Source: Candidatus Zixiibacteriota bacterium
Lineage (GTDB): Bacteria; Zixibacteria; MSB-5A5; GN15; JAAZOE01
DNA: 64,000 nt
Assembly (NCBI GenBank): GCA_043819555.1
Contig: JBDREQ010000021.1
Location: 1-64,000 of the forward strand
Reading direction: 5' to 3'
The translations under genes and the position numbers were made by a program. Below the pieces are notes generated by a model. That model made no database searches and had not been told where the DNA came from. It saw only the letters and a program-made list of their open reading frames with translations. This document shows, in pieces, positions 41,786-51,676 of the stretch (within the stretch, counting starts at the first letter, position 1; each line of letters begins with the position of its first letter).

Positions 41786-42556
41786 TTATCTCACCTCTCC
41801 GTCGGCTCCGGAATAATATACTTTGGGTTTGGTATTAAGCCATTGCTTGAGGACATTGGTGTCGTTAAATCGTATAAATCGATGCAAGGGGCTATTGCGC
41901 TTGCCGATTTCACCAAATACTCGCGCCTGGGTTGGACAGACTTCCACACAGGCAGGCCGCAATCCTTTGACAATGCGATGGTAGCAGAATGTGCATTTGT
42001 CGGCGGTATGCGTATCCGGACGAAGGTATCGAGCTCCGTAAGGGCAAGCCTGGATGCAATAACGGCATCCGACGCAATATTCGTTATCAACCAGAACAAC
42101 ACCGTCACGGCTGGTATATGTCGCCCCGACCGGACAAACCTGAACGCATGGCGCGTTTTCGCAATGGTTGCATAATTTTGGAACGAAGTAGGTTCTGAGA
42201 ATTTCCTTTTTCTCATCCGCTTTTGGAAATCCGTCAATCCCTCCGTTAGGACTATCGACTTCGGCTTCCCCATCCGGCGGAATCATGTATCTTTCTACCC
42301 AGGTTCTAAAAAAATGTTCTTCGCGGGGTACTTTATTTTCGTTTTTGCAGGCGTCGGCACATCTTCCGCAACCGATACATTTATGAATGCTTATACCCAT
42401 GGCATAATTATGATCTTCGGGATTGTAGTCATCGGCAGCAGACGCCAAGAGTTGTTCGGGAGAAATTAAGTAGGCGGCCGAAACTAAAACCGGCAATTTT
42501 TTGAAGCAGGTACGCAAAAAATCCCGTCGTTGAATTTTAGGTTTTTCCCGTTCCAT
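41786..42556 (-). CDS. NrfC/DmsB-like 4x[4Fe-4S] protein with Tat signal
   Basis: QRRDFL, CIGCGRCADAC, CNHCENAPCVQVCP, CVGCRYCIQACP and KCTFC...CVEVCP. Confidence 0.92.
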   Translation of the reverse strand: MEREKPKIQRRDFLRTCFKKLPVLVSAAYLISPEQLLASAADDYNPEDHNYAMGISIHKCIGCGRCADACKNENKVPREEHFFRTWVERYMIPPDGEAEVDSPNGGIDGFPKADEKKEILRTYFVPKLCNHCENAPCVQVCPVGATYTSRDGVVLVDNEYCVGCRYCIQACPYGARYLRPDTHTADKCTFCYHRIVKGLRPACVEVCPTQARVFGEIGKRNSPLHRFIRFNDTNVLKQWLNTKPKVYYSGADGEVR

Positions 42557-43293
42557 TATCTGGCCTCCGGGTGATGTGGATAATGACAATCCCAGCAAAG
42601 ATAATTTTCACCGTGAGTCGCCAATTCAATTCGTGGTATCCCCCTCGAAACTTTAGCGTTGGTGTCATGACATTTTCCGCAAAGAGTCCTTGATGTCGGT
42701 TTTTGAGCCCGAGCATAACGGGGATTGTTCATGTGATCGGCCGGAACTTCATGGCAAGTTTTACATTCCAGGCTGGTATGATGGGAAACGGCTTTTTGGA
42801 GAGCAATTTCACGATGGCAGGCATCGCAAGCCTGTAACGTAGTTGCCAGAAGAGGATTATGCGGGTCATGGCATTCCATACATGGTTTTCCGGGATTATG
42901 AATATCTTCCATAACTTGGGGAAAACCTGAGGGGCGTGCAGAATTATATCCATGACAAATAGTACATTGATCCCGTTCCCGTGGAATTCGAGGTGTAACT
43001 TCATCCGGTTCTTCGGTATGAGCCATGGCCGGGCCATGGCATACTTCACAAGATACGTTACGATGGTCAGATTTCATTTTTGTCTCATAAATTTCATCAT
43101 GACAGTCATTACAGATTATGCTTCCCGCATAAACTACTTCAAGAGAGGCTATTTCATCGACTGATGCCGCTCGGTAATGTCCATAATCGCCGAATGTTTC
43201 CGGTACGAAAAAATGCCGGGCGGTAATTAAACCGCCAATTGCCACAATAAAAATTATTGCCAAAGGAATTATTTGCTGGGGAATTTTCTTCAT
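42556..43293 (-). CDS. membrane-anchored octaheme cytochrome c
   Basis: Eight CxxCH motifs (CNDCH, CEVCH, CTICH, CMECH, CDACH, CKTCH, CGKCH, CWDCH) and an N-terminal TM. TAATG overlap with the next gene. Confidence 0.92.
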   Translation of the reverse strand: MKKIPQQIIPLAIIFIVAIGGLITARHFFVPETFGDYGHYRAASVDEIASLEVVYAGSIICNDCHDEIYETKMKSDHRNVSCEVCHGPAMAHTEEPDEVTPRIPRERDQCTICHGYNSARPSGFPQVMEDIHNPGKPCMECHDPHNPLLATTLQACDACHREIALQKAVSHHTSLECKTCHEVPADHMNNPRYARAQKPTSRTLCGKCHDTNAKVSRGIPRIELATHGENYLCWDCHYPHHPEAR

Positions 43294-43345
43294 AAATAGT
43301 TTTCTATTACCTAAAAAGGACTAATTATACCCTCATTAATTTCCC

Positions 43346-43374
43346 ATTATAGAGACCAAGCTTATCTGTGTCAA
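43346..43374 (-). promoter_or_regulatory. sigma70 promoter of the cytochrome operon
   Basis: Exact TTGACA-N17-TATAAT on the minus strand. Confidence 0.8.
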
Positions 43375-43585
43375 GTATTTTTTTTAGCCGCAATTAGAAT
43401 TGCCATTCTATGCCAATAACTAGCCCCAAGATATTATATTGAAGCGATTAAAATAAATAAAATTCGAAAAAAATATGACCGGCGGCGCATCTTACTGAAC
43501 AAAAATGCGCACCAAGACAATATGAAACTAAAATATCGATTTATTCTCACTGGAAATATCAGTTTAACTAACCAAATCGGTAATA

Positions 43586-44002
43586 TTAGAACGGCAGATC
43601 GTCATCTTCGCTATCCATATTTGCCGGTGGCGCAGGCGGCGGTTCCGACGGGTCGTTTTCGGATACGGCCCCTCGTGAACCCAAAAATTGCATCCTTTGG
43701 CCGACTATTTCAGTAATATATCGCTTGATCCCGTCTTTATCCTCATAATTCCGGGTCTGAATCCTGCCTTCGATATAAACCGGGCTTCCTTTTTTGAGAT
43801 ATTCTTTGGCGATTTCGGCTTGCCTCTTCCAGAGGATAATGCGATGCCATTCGGTTGATTCTTGCATTTGTCCATCTTTGTCTTTCCATTTTTCGGTAGT
43901 CGCAATATTAAAATTAACTACCGCCTGGCCTGACGAGGTGTAGCGCAATTCGGGGTCAGCCCCCAGATTTCCAATTAATATAGCCTTATTAACTGATGCC
44001 AT
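43586..44002 (-). CDS. ssb: single-stranded DNA-binding protein
   Basis: [14 protein letters not shown] and terminal DDDLPF. Confidence 0.97.
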   Translation of the reverse strand: MASVNKAILIGNLGADPELRYTSSGQAVVNFNIATTEKWKDKDGQMQESTEWHRIILWKRQAEIAKEYLKKGSPVYIEGRIQTRNYEDKDGIKRYITEIVGQRMQFLGSRGAVSENDPSEPPPAPPANMDSEDDDLPF

Positions 44003-44028
44003 ATTGCTCCCTTCGTAATTAATCGATG

Positions 44029-44057
44029 AATATAGACCAATAATATCGGAAAGTCAA
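44029..44057 (-). promoter_or_regulatory. sigma70-like promoter of ssb
   Basis: TTGACT-N17-TATATT on the minus strand. Confidence 0.6.
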
Positions 44058-44143
44058 TATCATCTAAGCCATGTTAATGTCATAAATTTGTTGATTGGCG
44101 TGGAAAATCTTTTATATTTTATTTTTGGAGGCGCCTGTAATTC

Positions 44144-44938
44144 ATGATAGATATTAAGAAGGCCGTTGAAAGTTTGTCGGGTTTTATTTACGGATATGCC
44201 AATGACGTCGGCATCAGCCGCCTGATTATCGGCCTTTCAGGGGGGGTTGATTCATCGGTATCGGCGGCATTGGGTTCAAAAGCCGTCGGAGCAGATAATA
44301 TTCTGGGCATAATCATGCCCTATAAAAGCTCCTCTCCGGAGTCAGAAAATGATGCGGTAAATCTGGCAAATAAATTGGGCATATCGTTTGAAAGGGTGGA
44401 TATATCGCCAATGGTGGACGCCTATTTTAGGAATAATAACATTTCTTCTTTGCGCCGGGGAAATAAATGTGCCAGAGAACGGATGTCGGTTCTTTTTGAT
44501 ATAGCGGCCAGAGACAATCGTTTGGTTTTGGGGACATCCAACAAGACTGAAATCTGTTTGGGGTATGCAACCTGGTACGGAGATAACGCCTGCTCGCTTA
44601 ATCCGCTGGCCGGATTATATAAGGGCGAGGTTTGGGCGATGGCAGAATATTTGAAGATTCCATCGGAGATAATCCAGAAGGAACCTACTGCGGATTTATG
44701 GCCGGGCCAAACGGATGAAGAAGAATTGGGACTAACCTATAAAATGGCGGATGATTTGCTGAATGTTTTGATCGAGGAAGGTTTCCGTGATGTAAAGCGG
44801 TTGAAAGAGACCGGAGCGACGGAAGAAGTCATCAAATTAGTGGTTGACCGTATCAATAAATACTCATTCAAAAGAAAGCTGCCGATTGTAAATATGTTGG
44901 GAAGAAAAGCGATACCAACAGAGATACTTCTTAATTGA
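44144..44938 (+). CDS. nadE: NH3-dependent NAD+ synthetase
   Basis: GLSGGVDS, GTSNKTE and PTADLWPGQTDE. Confidence 0.94.
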   Translation: MIDIKKAVESLSGFIYGYANDVGISRLIIGLSGGVDSSVSAALGSKAVGADNILGIIMPYKSSSPESENDAVNLANKLGISFERVDISPMVDAYFRNNNISSLRRGNKCARERMSVLFDIAARDNRLVLGTSNKTEICLGYATWYGDNACSLNPLAGLYKGEVWAMAEYLKIPSEIIQKEPTADLWPGQTDEEELGLTYKMADDLLNVLIEEGFRDVKRLKETGATEEVIKLVVDRINKYSFKRKLPIVNMLGRKAIPTEILLN

Positions 44939-44939
44939 G

Positions 44940-45635
44940 ATGATGGATAAAAATACTTTGGGCATACTATATCTAATCCCAACGCCGATTGGAAATATGC
45001 AGGATATTACTCTGAGGGCTTTGGAGGTATTGAAAAGCGTTGATTTAGTGGCATGCGAAGATACCAGGCGCAGCGGCCAGCTTCTGGCTCATTTTGGCAT
45101 TAAGGCCAAAAAACTAAGCTATTTTGAGCACAATGAAATGCGCCGCATTCCAAAGATTTTAGAAATCCTGAAGGAAGGTAAGTCGGTGGCAGTGATATCA
45201 GACGGAGGCAGTCCGGGAATATCGGATCCGGCCTTTCGAATCGTCAAATCCGCTATTGATGAAGGATTCTCGGTAGAGGCATTGCCGGGCGCAACGGCAT
45301 TGATACCGGCTTTAACAGCGTCAGGACTGCCGACTGACCGTTTTTTCTTTGAAGGATTTTTGCCGGTCAAAAAAGGGAAACGGAAGGCGCGTTTGCTGGA
45401 AATAAGCCGATATCCGCATACTATCGTAATATATGAATCGGTTCACCGCATAAAGAAAACAATTGCGGAGCTGGCTGATATATTGGGCGGGCGAGCCATT
45501 TGTGTTATGCGGGAAATATCAAAAATGCATGAAGAGAAAATTTTGGGGAGCGCAAAAGAAGTCGCGGATCTAATCGAAAAATCAAATCCAAAGGGAGAGT
45601 ATGTCATTGTCATATCAGGGGCTGAACACAACTAG
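44940..45635 (+). CDS. rsmI: 16S rRNA C1402 2'-O-methyltransferase
   Basis: LYLIPTPIGN, ACEDTR, SDGGSPGISDP and REISKMHEE. Confidence 0.94.
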   Translation: MMDKNTLGILYLIPTPIGNMQDITLRALEVLKSVDLVACEDTRRSGQLLAHFGIKAKKLSYFEHNEMRRIPKILEILKEGKSVAVISDGGSPGISDPAFRIVKSAIDEGFSVEALPGATALIPALTASGLPTDRFFFEGFLPVKKGKRKARLLEISRYPHTIVIYESVHRIKKTIAELADILGGRAICVMREISKMHEEKILGSAKEVADLIEKSNPKGEYVIVISGAEHN

Positions 45636-46536
45636 GGGAAATTTGCACTTCTTCGAAAGGATCGCTTCCCGGATGAAACCATTCGATCATCTGGTCATTA
45701 TTTATAGCTGGTTTATTTTTGTAATCACGATAAATCAAGCCCGACCCATTGAAAATTACATGGGAGTTTTGGCTTTTCATTTTAGTTCCATCGCGTTCGT
45801 GTTATTACTTGTGTATATTGGCGAAAAATCAAACAGTCGCCTTATAACTTTTTTCAGACTCCTCTACCCGGTGATGTTAATGGCCTTCTACTATGAAACA
45901 AGTGGCAAACTTGTACATCTAATTATTCCCGAATTCCTTGATTTTCAGGTGGTAGCATTTGAAAAATTGGTGTTCGGCATTAGCCCGACAATCTGGCTGG
46001 ATAATCATCTTGGTGTTTTCTGGACTGAATTGTTTTCCGCATCGTATTTTTCATATTACTTGCTGATTCCGGGGTTGAGCCTAATCTTTTTCTTCCACCG
46101 CAAAGATGAAGAAATAATCAGATTTATGACCGCATTGTGCGCCACTTTTTTTGTCTCGTATATGATTTTTATTCTGTATCCGATTGAGGGACCGCGATAT
46201 TATCTTGCCACACAATATCAGAATTCTATAACTAGTCCTATCTTCAGACCCATGGTTGATTTCGTAATTAAAAATGGAGCTTTTCATGGAGGGGCAATGC
46301 CTTCATCACACTGCGCGGTGGCTTTAATTGTCATGCTATTTGCCATCAAAAATTATTCCCGGAAAGCCTGGCTTTTAATTCCGGTTATTATGGGTTTATC
46401 GGTTGGAACTGTTTACGGTCGATTCCATTATATATCAGATGTAGTTGTTGGATTGCTAATCGGAATTATTTGTTACGGACTTGTCAGCATTTATTACCCA
46501 ATAAAAACAAAAACTGATAATGATTACATATCATAA
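45601..46536 (+). CDS. PAP2 family membrane phosphatase/phosphotransferase
   Basis: GPR, MPSSH and GRFHYISD, with multiple TMs. Confidence 0.85.
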   Translation: MSLSYQGLNTTRGNLHFFERIASRMKPFDHLVIIYSWFIFVITINQARPIENYMGVLAFHFSSIAFVLLLVYIGEKSNSRLITFFRLLYPVMLMAFYYETSGKLVHLIIPEFLDFQVVAFEKLVFGISPTIWLDNHLGVFWTELFSASYFSYYLLIPGLSLIFFFHRKDEEIIRFMTALCATFFVSYMIFILYPIEGPRYYLATQYQNSITSPIFRPMVDFVIKNGAFHGGAMPSSHCAVALIVMLFAIKNYSRKAWLLIPVIMGLSVGTVYGRFHYISDVVVGLLIGIICYGLVSIYYPIKTKTDNDYIS

Positions 46537-46625
46537 ATATCCAGAGACATCTTAATTGTTGGCGCAATAGCAGATCCTGTTTATATTTGCTTCAGTATGT
46601 TTTCTAAAATCAAAGCGAAGAACGC

Positions 46626-47525
46626 ATGAATGGAATTAAATCTCATAGATTGAGGGGCGATATTTGGGCGACGGTTTCGGCGCTGGCTACCGGCGGAGGA
46701 TATACAGTTGCCAAAACGCTCCTTGTGACTCTCCCCCCGATTGTATTTAACGCCTATATGTTCTTGTTTGGTTCGGTGATTATTTTAATCGACGCGGGAT
46801 TGAACAGAAAATTGAAAGAGACTATTTTTATTCCTCCCGCCCAAATAGGATTTTATGCAATAGTAGCGATATTTTTTTCTGCCGCCACATATTGCCTGTT
46901 TACGGCCCTGAGTTTTTCGGAACCGGCGACGGTATCGTTTTTATCTCGGTTGGAATTGGTTTCGACGATAATCCTGGCATCGATATTCTTAAAAGAACGT
47001 CTTCAAAAATCGGAAGTATTTGGGCTAATTTTAGTAGTCGCTGGAATTCTGGTCATGAGATATGACGCGTCGATAGAACTTTCTCGTACGGTAACACTGG
47101 TTACTTTGGGATCGTTATTCTTCGGAACCGCAGAGGTTTTGACCAAATGGAAAATCGATTGGATAAACTACCGCAGTTATATTTTCTATCGCGGGATTTT
47201 TATGTCTGGTATTTTTGTTACCATTGGAATTGTTTCTGGCAAATTTGTAATCATTACGGATTTGAAACTCTTGGTCCTTTTGATTCTAACTGCGTTTCTA
47301 CTGCCTTATCTGGGTCGCACCGGTTATCTAAAATCAATGAAATATATAAATATTTCGCGGTCGTCGATAATCGTCCAGAGTCAGCCATTTTTTGCCGCCA
47401 TTGTGGCATTGATGATTTTAAACTCTTTCCCTTCGGTCAAAGAAATCGCTGGCGGCTTATTATTAGTCGGGGGAGTGATTTTGATGAAGGTTCTAGAAAA
47501 AAAGGCGGCCACCGCAACTCGATAA
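46626..47525 (+). CDS. EamA/DMT family transporter
   Basis: About 10 TMs in two repeats, with FLKE and QPFF. Confidence 0.85.
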   Translation: MNGIKSHRLRGDIWATVSALATGGGYTVAKTLLVTLPPIVFNAYMFLFGSVIILIDAGLNRKLKETIFIPPAQIGFYAIVAIFFSAATYCLFTALSFSEPATVSFLSRLELVSTIILASIFLKERLQKSEVFGLILVVAGILVMRYDASIELSRTVTLVTLGSLFFGTAEVLTKWKIDWINYRSYIFYRGIFMSGIFVTIGIVSGKFVIITDLKLLVLLILTAFLLPYLGRTGYLKSMKYINISRSSIIVQSQPFFAAIVALMILNSFPSVKEIAGGLLLVGGVILMKVLEKKAATATR

Positions 47526-47556
47526 CCGCCAAAATTTAGTCAATAGCTTATCTAAA

Positions 47557-48369
47557 CTACGCCAACGAGTAACCCCCATCGACGATAATCGTCTGGCCCG
47601 TAATCCAGCTCGCCTTGGGGCCGGCCAAAAAGACAACTACGTCGGCGACTTCCTTTGGCGTTCCGATCCGGTCAAACGGAGTCCTGCGTACAACTTCGTC
47701 AATTAGATCCTGATAGTTAGGGAATGAGCGCAAAGCCCCGGTATCGATAAATCCTCCCGAAACACAGTTGACCGTAATTCGACGCGGAGCCAGCTCGTAG
47801 GAAAGATAACGCGTTAGATTTTCTATGGCCGCCTTGGAGACGCCAATTGCCGCATATCCCGGAATGTAGCGAATCGAACCCAATGATGATAATGAGACGA
47901 TTCGGGAATTATCGGGCATAATCTTGACGGCATTCTGGACGCATAACAATAAAGCCTGGGTATTGGTGTTCATTGATAGATGCCAGGCCTTATCATCAAT
48001 CCCCATGGCCGAAGTAAATATCCCCAGCGCCGCATTGGATATCAAAATATCAAGTTTGCCAAATCGTTCTTTGATTTTTTCAAAGATTGGCGGGATTTGA
48101 TCATGGTTTCCAATATTGGCCCGATGCGCATAACATTCAACTTTATGCTCTTTAATTGAATCAAGCGCTTCGTTGGCAGCGTCTCGGCTGCGAAAATAAT
48201 TAATAATGATATTAGCGCCCCGTTCGGCCAGTCCCTGGGCAATGGCCAGCCCGATACCTCGTGTCCCTCCGGTAATTAACGCGGTCTTTCCTATTAGATC
48301 TCTGGCCGCTTTGACTTCCATGACTCCTTGCGGCTTTTGTGCTGCAACTTTCAAACTTCTCGCCTCCAT
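47557..48369 (-). CDS. SDR oxidoreductase, FabL-like enoyl-ACP reductase
   Basis: TGGTRGIG, SNAA and SSLGS..YIPGYAAIGVSKAA (Y-x6-K as in FabL). Confidence 0.8.
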   Translation of the reverse strand: MEARSLKVAAQKPQGVMEVKAARDLIGKTALITGGTRGIGLAIAQGLAERGANIIINYFRSRDAANEALDSIKEHKVECYAHRANIGNHDQIPPIFEKIKERFGKLDILISNAALGIFTSAMGIDDKAWHLSMNTNTQALLLCVQNAVKIMPDNSRIVSLSSLGSIRYIPGYAAIGVSKAAIENLTRYLSYELAPRRITVNCVSGGFIDTGALRSFPNYQDLIDEVVRRTPFDRIGTPKEVADVVVFLAGPKASWITGQTIIVDGGYSLA

Positions 48370-48464
48370 CCTTTGCTCCTAAAAACGGGCAAACTACGGA
48401 TAACTTTTAGGGTTAATTCCAAATTTAATGAACATTAATTTTCCAAAAAGGTTCAGAATATTTT

Positions 48465-49163
48465 TTATAATGATTGCGAAGAATCTTCAAGATCGATAAT
48501 TTCCGCCAACTCATCCATATCAATATCATCGAATTTTGTATCGAAAATTCTTGAGTAATGCTCGCTTAGATTGGACGCAAAATCATCCAGGGTGATTTTT
48601 TGATTAATTTCCTTTTCGGCGTTGGTCATTGTTTCCGGGGTCAGTCCGCAGGGATCAATCATGTAGAATTTTTTAAGATTAGTTGTCAGATTGACAGCCG
48701 CGCCATGAAATGAAATCCATTGCTGGACAGCAATGCCAATCGAGGCGATTTTATGATCTTTTACCCAGACGCCCATATGATCTTCGTTACGGCCGCATTT
48801 GAGGCCAAAATCGCCAAAGGTGCGGATGATGCCTTCCTCGATGTTATGAATGAACTCTCGCAAATCACGGCCTCTTCGGCGCAAATCAAATATCGGATAA
48901 ATAACCAATTGTCCCGGACCATGGTAAGTTATGCCGCCGCCTCTGGATATTTGATGCACCTCGACCTCGCCGATATTCAATGGATTTGAGTTTTTGAAAT
49001 CGCGGCCGACGGTTATGACATCAGGATGCGTAGTGTAGAAAATCGTATCGCGGATCATGCCGTTTAATCGATAGCGCACCATTCGCTTTTGCCATTCATG
49101 AGCAGCCCGATAAGGACGCTGACCCAGATTCATTTTCCAACCGAAATAGGCAGGAGTCATCAA
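48465..49163 (-). CDS. lipB: lipoyl(octanoyl) transferase
   Basis: RGGGITYHGPGQLVIYPI, KIASIG and PCG. Confidence 0.93.
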   Translation of the reverse strand: MMTPAYFGWKMNLGQRPYRAAHEWQKRMVRYRLNGMIRDTIFYTTHPDVITVGRDFKNSNPLNIGEVEVHQISRGGGITYHGPGQLVIYPIFDLRRRGRDLREFIHNIEEGIIRTFGDFGLKCGRNEDHMGVWVKDHKIASIGIAVQQWISFHGAAVNLTTNLKKFYMIDPCGLTPETMTNAEKEINQKITLDDFASNLSEHYSRIFDTKFDDIDMDELAEIIDLEDSSQSL

Positions 49164-50443
49164 TGAAGTCTCATAGACAGCAGCGTCGGAGATTCAATAT
49201 ATTCGATTACACGATGCAGAAATTGAACAGCAGTATGGCCGTCAATTAATCTATGATCAAACGATAAACCGAATGTTGACATATAGCGGATGACGATTTG
49301 GCTTTCGCGCACTACCGGTTTCTGTGAAATATTGTGAACTCCCAGGATTGCGACTTGCGGTTGATTAATAATCGGTGTTGAAGCGGTGGCGCCGAACATG
49401 CCAGCGTTAGTTATTGTAAAAGTTCCGCCCTGGACATCGTCAAGGATCAGCTTATCATCACGGGCCCGCTCACCCAGATTATTAATCTCTATGGCAAGAT
49501 CAATAATAGATTTTGATTCCGCATTTTTCAGTACGGGGACTATTAGTCCATTTTCTCTGGCTACGGCGACGCCGATATTGTAATATTTCTTGAAAATAAT
49601 TTCGGTTTCAGTCATGGATGCATTAAGCGCCGGAAATTCTTTTAGGGCTTCGACAGAGGCATTAATTATAAATGGCATATAAGTAAGCCTGGCTCCATAA
49701 GTTTTATAAAAGCTGTCTTTATATTTATTCCGGTAAGCGGCCAATTCAGTAAAATCGCATTCCTCAAAAGTAGTAACATGAGCCGAGGTATGCTTGGAGC
49801 GGAGCATATGTTCGGCTATTGATTTTCGCGCGCCTGCCAGAGGAATCCGTTCCTCAAGCTGTTCTCCCGGGGATGCCTTGGGTTCAGTTTTGATTTGCGT
49901 TTTGGCAACGTGAGCTGTCGATTGCGCTTCAGCGACCACCGAACGAGCCGCGGCGGCCTTCTTGACGTCTTCGTTAGTTATCCGGCCGTCGGGTCCCGTC
50001 CCTGATATGGCCGCGGCATCTAATCCAAAATCGCGGACAAGTTTACGAACAGCCGGGGCCATCTTCGATTTTTTGTCTGAAGCGGCTGGATGTGAAGGCT
50101 GAATGACGGCTGACGTGGGTTCTGGAGAAACTGTTCTGGATGAAATTGCGGCCTTTTTATCCGGGGTCTTTTTGGGAACTTCTCCGGATGTGTTAATGGT
50201 ACAAATCATGGTTCCGACGGGGACAACGTCGTCAGGCTTGACTAGTAATTTTTCGATAACACCATCAACCTCGGAAGGAATTTCAACGTTGATTTTATCG
50301 GTCATAATTTCAACTAGTGCTTGATTGACAATGACTCTATCACCTACGGCGACTTTCCACTCGACAATTGTACCTTCCAGCACAGATTCTCCCATCTGGG
50401 GAACGACAACTTCAAATGTCATTGAAACCTCCGTTTTTATCAT
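49160..50443 (-). CDS. dihydrolipoamide acyltransferase (E2) of a 2-oxoacid dehydrogenase
   Basis: One lipoyl domain (MTDKI), an E3-binding GTGPDGRI motif and DHRLIDG. Confidence 0.93.
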   Translation of the reverse strand: MIKTEVSMTFEVVVPQMGESVLEGTIVEWKVAVGDRVIVNQALVEIMTDKINVEIPSEVDGVIEKLLVKPDDVVPVGTMICTINTSGEVPKKTPDKKAAISSRTVSPEPTSAVIQPSHPAASDKKSKMAPAVRKLVRDFGLDAAAISGTGPDGRITNEDVKKAAAARSVVAEAQSTAHVAKTQIKTEPKASPGEQLEERIPLAGARKSIAEHMLRSKHTSAHVTTFEECDFTELAAYRNKYKDSFYKTYGARLTYMPFIINASVEALKEFPALNASMTETEIIFKKYYNIGVAVARENGLIVPVLKNAESKSIIDLAIEINNLGERARDDKLILDDVQGGTFTITNAGMFGATASTPIINQPQVAILGVHNISQKPVVRESQIVIRYMSTFGLSFDHRLIDGHTAVQFLHRVIEYIESPTLLSMRLH

Positions 50444-50470
50444 AATTATATACCCCCCATACGAAAAATA

Positions 50471-51550
50471 TCAATATACTTCAAGCATGCGATTTAACGC
50501 AATTCTGGCCTCCACCTTGATATCTTCAGGAACCACAATTCGATCAAAACTATCAAGATTTTCTACGGTGTTCGCCAAGTCGGCCAATGTCGTACGATAC
50601 ATATTGGCGCATACGGGACATTTTTGTCCGGACAGTTCAAATATTTTCTTATCAGGGTATGTATGGGCCATGCGATTGATTAAATTTATCTCCGTGCCAA
50701 CTGCAATGATCGATCCCGCCGGCTGCTCTTTAATAAAATTTACCAGGAATTTAGTCGAGCCAACGGCGTCGGCCTTATCAACCACATCCCAAATGCATTC
50801 TGGGTGTACCGCGACTTTGACATCAGGAAACTGCTCGCGAACTTCATCCACGTGCTGCGCCGTGAAATTGGTATGGACATGGCAATGCCCTTTCCAGAGT
50901 ATCAGTCTTGCCCGGCGCATTTTATCCGGGTCAATCCCGCCACCGTCACTTCGGAAATCCCAGACAACCATTTCGTCATCTGAAAAACCGAGCCATCGAC
51001 CGGTATTATATCCCAGGTTTTCATCGGGAAAAAAGAATATTTTCTCGCCCCGTTCGAGAGCCCATTTATAAGCAGCCTTCGCGTTTGATGACGTACAAAT
51101 TAATCCGCCTTCCCGGCCGCAAAAAGCTTTTAACTGGGCGGCGGAATTCATATATGATACCGGAATCGTTTTAGCGGATAAGCCCATATCTTTCAAGTAA
51201 TTCCATGCGGCCAGAACATCATCGATATCGGCCATATCCGCCATAGGACATCCGGCCAGCGGGTTGGGCAAAAACACTTTTTGATTATCCCCCGAGAGGA
51301 TGTCAGCGGATTCGGCCATAAAATGCACGCCGCAAAAAACAATAAATTCCGAATCTTTTCGCTCTGAAGCGGTTTTTGACAAATCATAAGAATCGCCTAC
51401 GAAATCTCCCATAGACGCAACCTCAAGACGCTGATAATGATGAGCCAAAATAATCATTCTCGAACCCATAGATTTTTTGGCGTCAAGAATTGTCTGCTTT
51501 AATTCCTCGTCGGTCGATTGACGATATTTATCCGGTACCGCGAAATACAT
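50471..51550 (-). CDS. nadA: quinolinate synthase A
   Basis: LAHHYQ, FCGVHFMAE, GCPMA, CTSSNA, HPEC and CANM. Confidence 0.95.
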   Translation of the reverse strand: MYFAVPDKYRQSTDEELKQTILDAKKSMGSRMIILAHHYQRLEVASMGDFVGDSYDLSKTASERKDSEFIVFCGVHFMAESADILSGDNQKVFLPNPLAGCPMADMADIDDVLAAWNYLKDMGLSAKTIPVSYMNSAAQLKAFCGREGGLICTSSNAKAAYKWALERGEKIFFFPDENLGYNTGRWLGFSDDEMVVWDFRSDGGGIDPDKMRRARLILWKGHCHVHTNFTAQHVDEVREQFPDVKVAVHPECIWDVVDKADAVGSTKFLVNFIKEQPAGSIIAVGTEINLINRMAHTYPDKKIFELSGQKCPVCANMYRTTLADLANTVENLDSFDRIVVPEDIKVEARIALNRMLEVY

Positions 51551-51632
51551 AAAGTTCTATCCCTATTCCCGCCGAAACTACATTCCATATTATACGCAAA
51601 ATGTATCGGCATAATGGTTATCTTTTGCGCGG

Positions 51633-51661
51633 ATTATATAAGATTTGACGGGTATCGTCAA
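51633..51661 (-). promoter_or_regulatory. sigma70 promoter of nadA overlapped by a TTGACG-N5-CGTCAA palindrome
   Basis: TTGACG-N17-TATAAT on the minus strand. Palindrome at 51645-51661. Confidence 0.6.
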
Positions 51662-51676
51662 GGAATCAAAATAATG

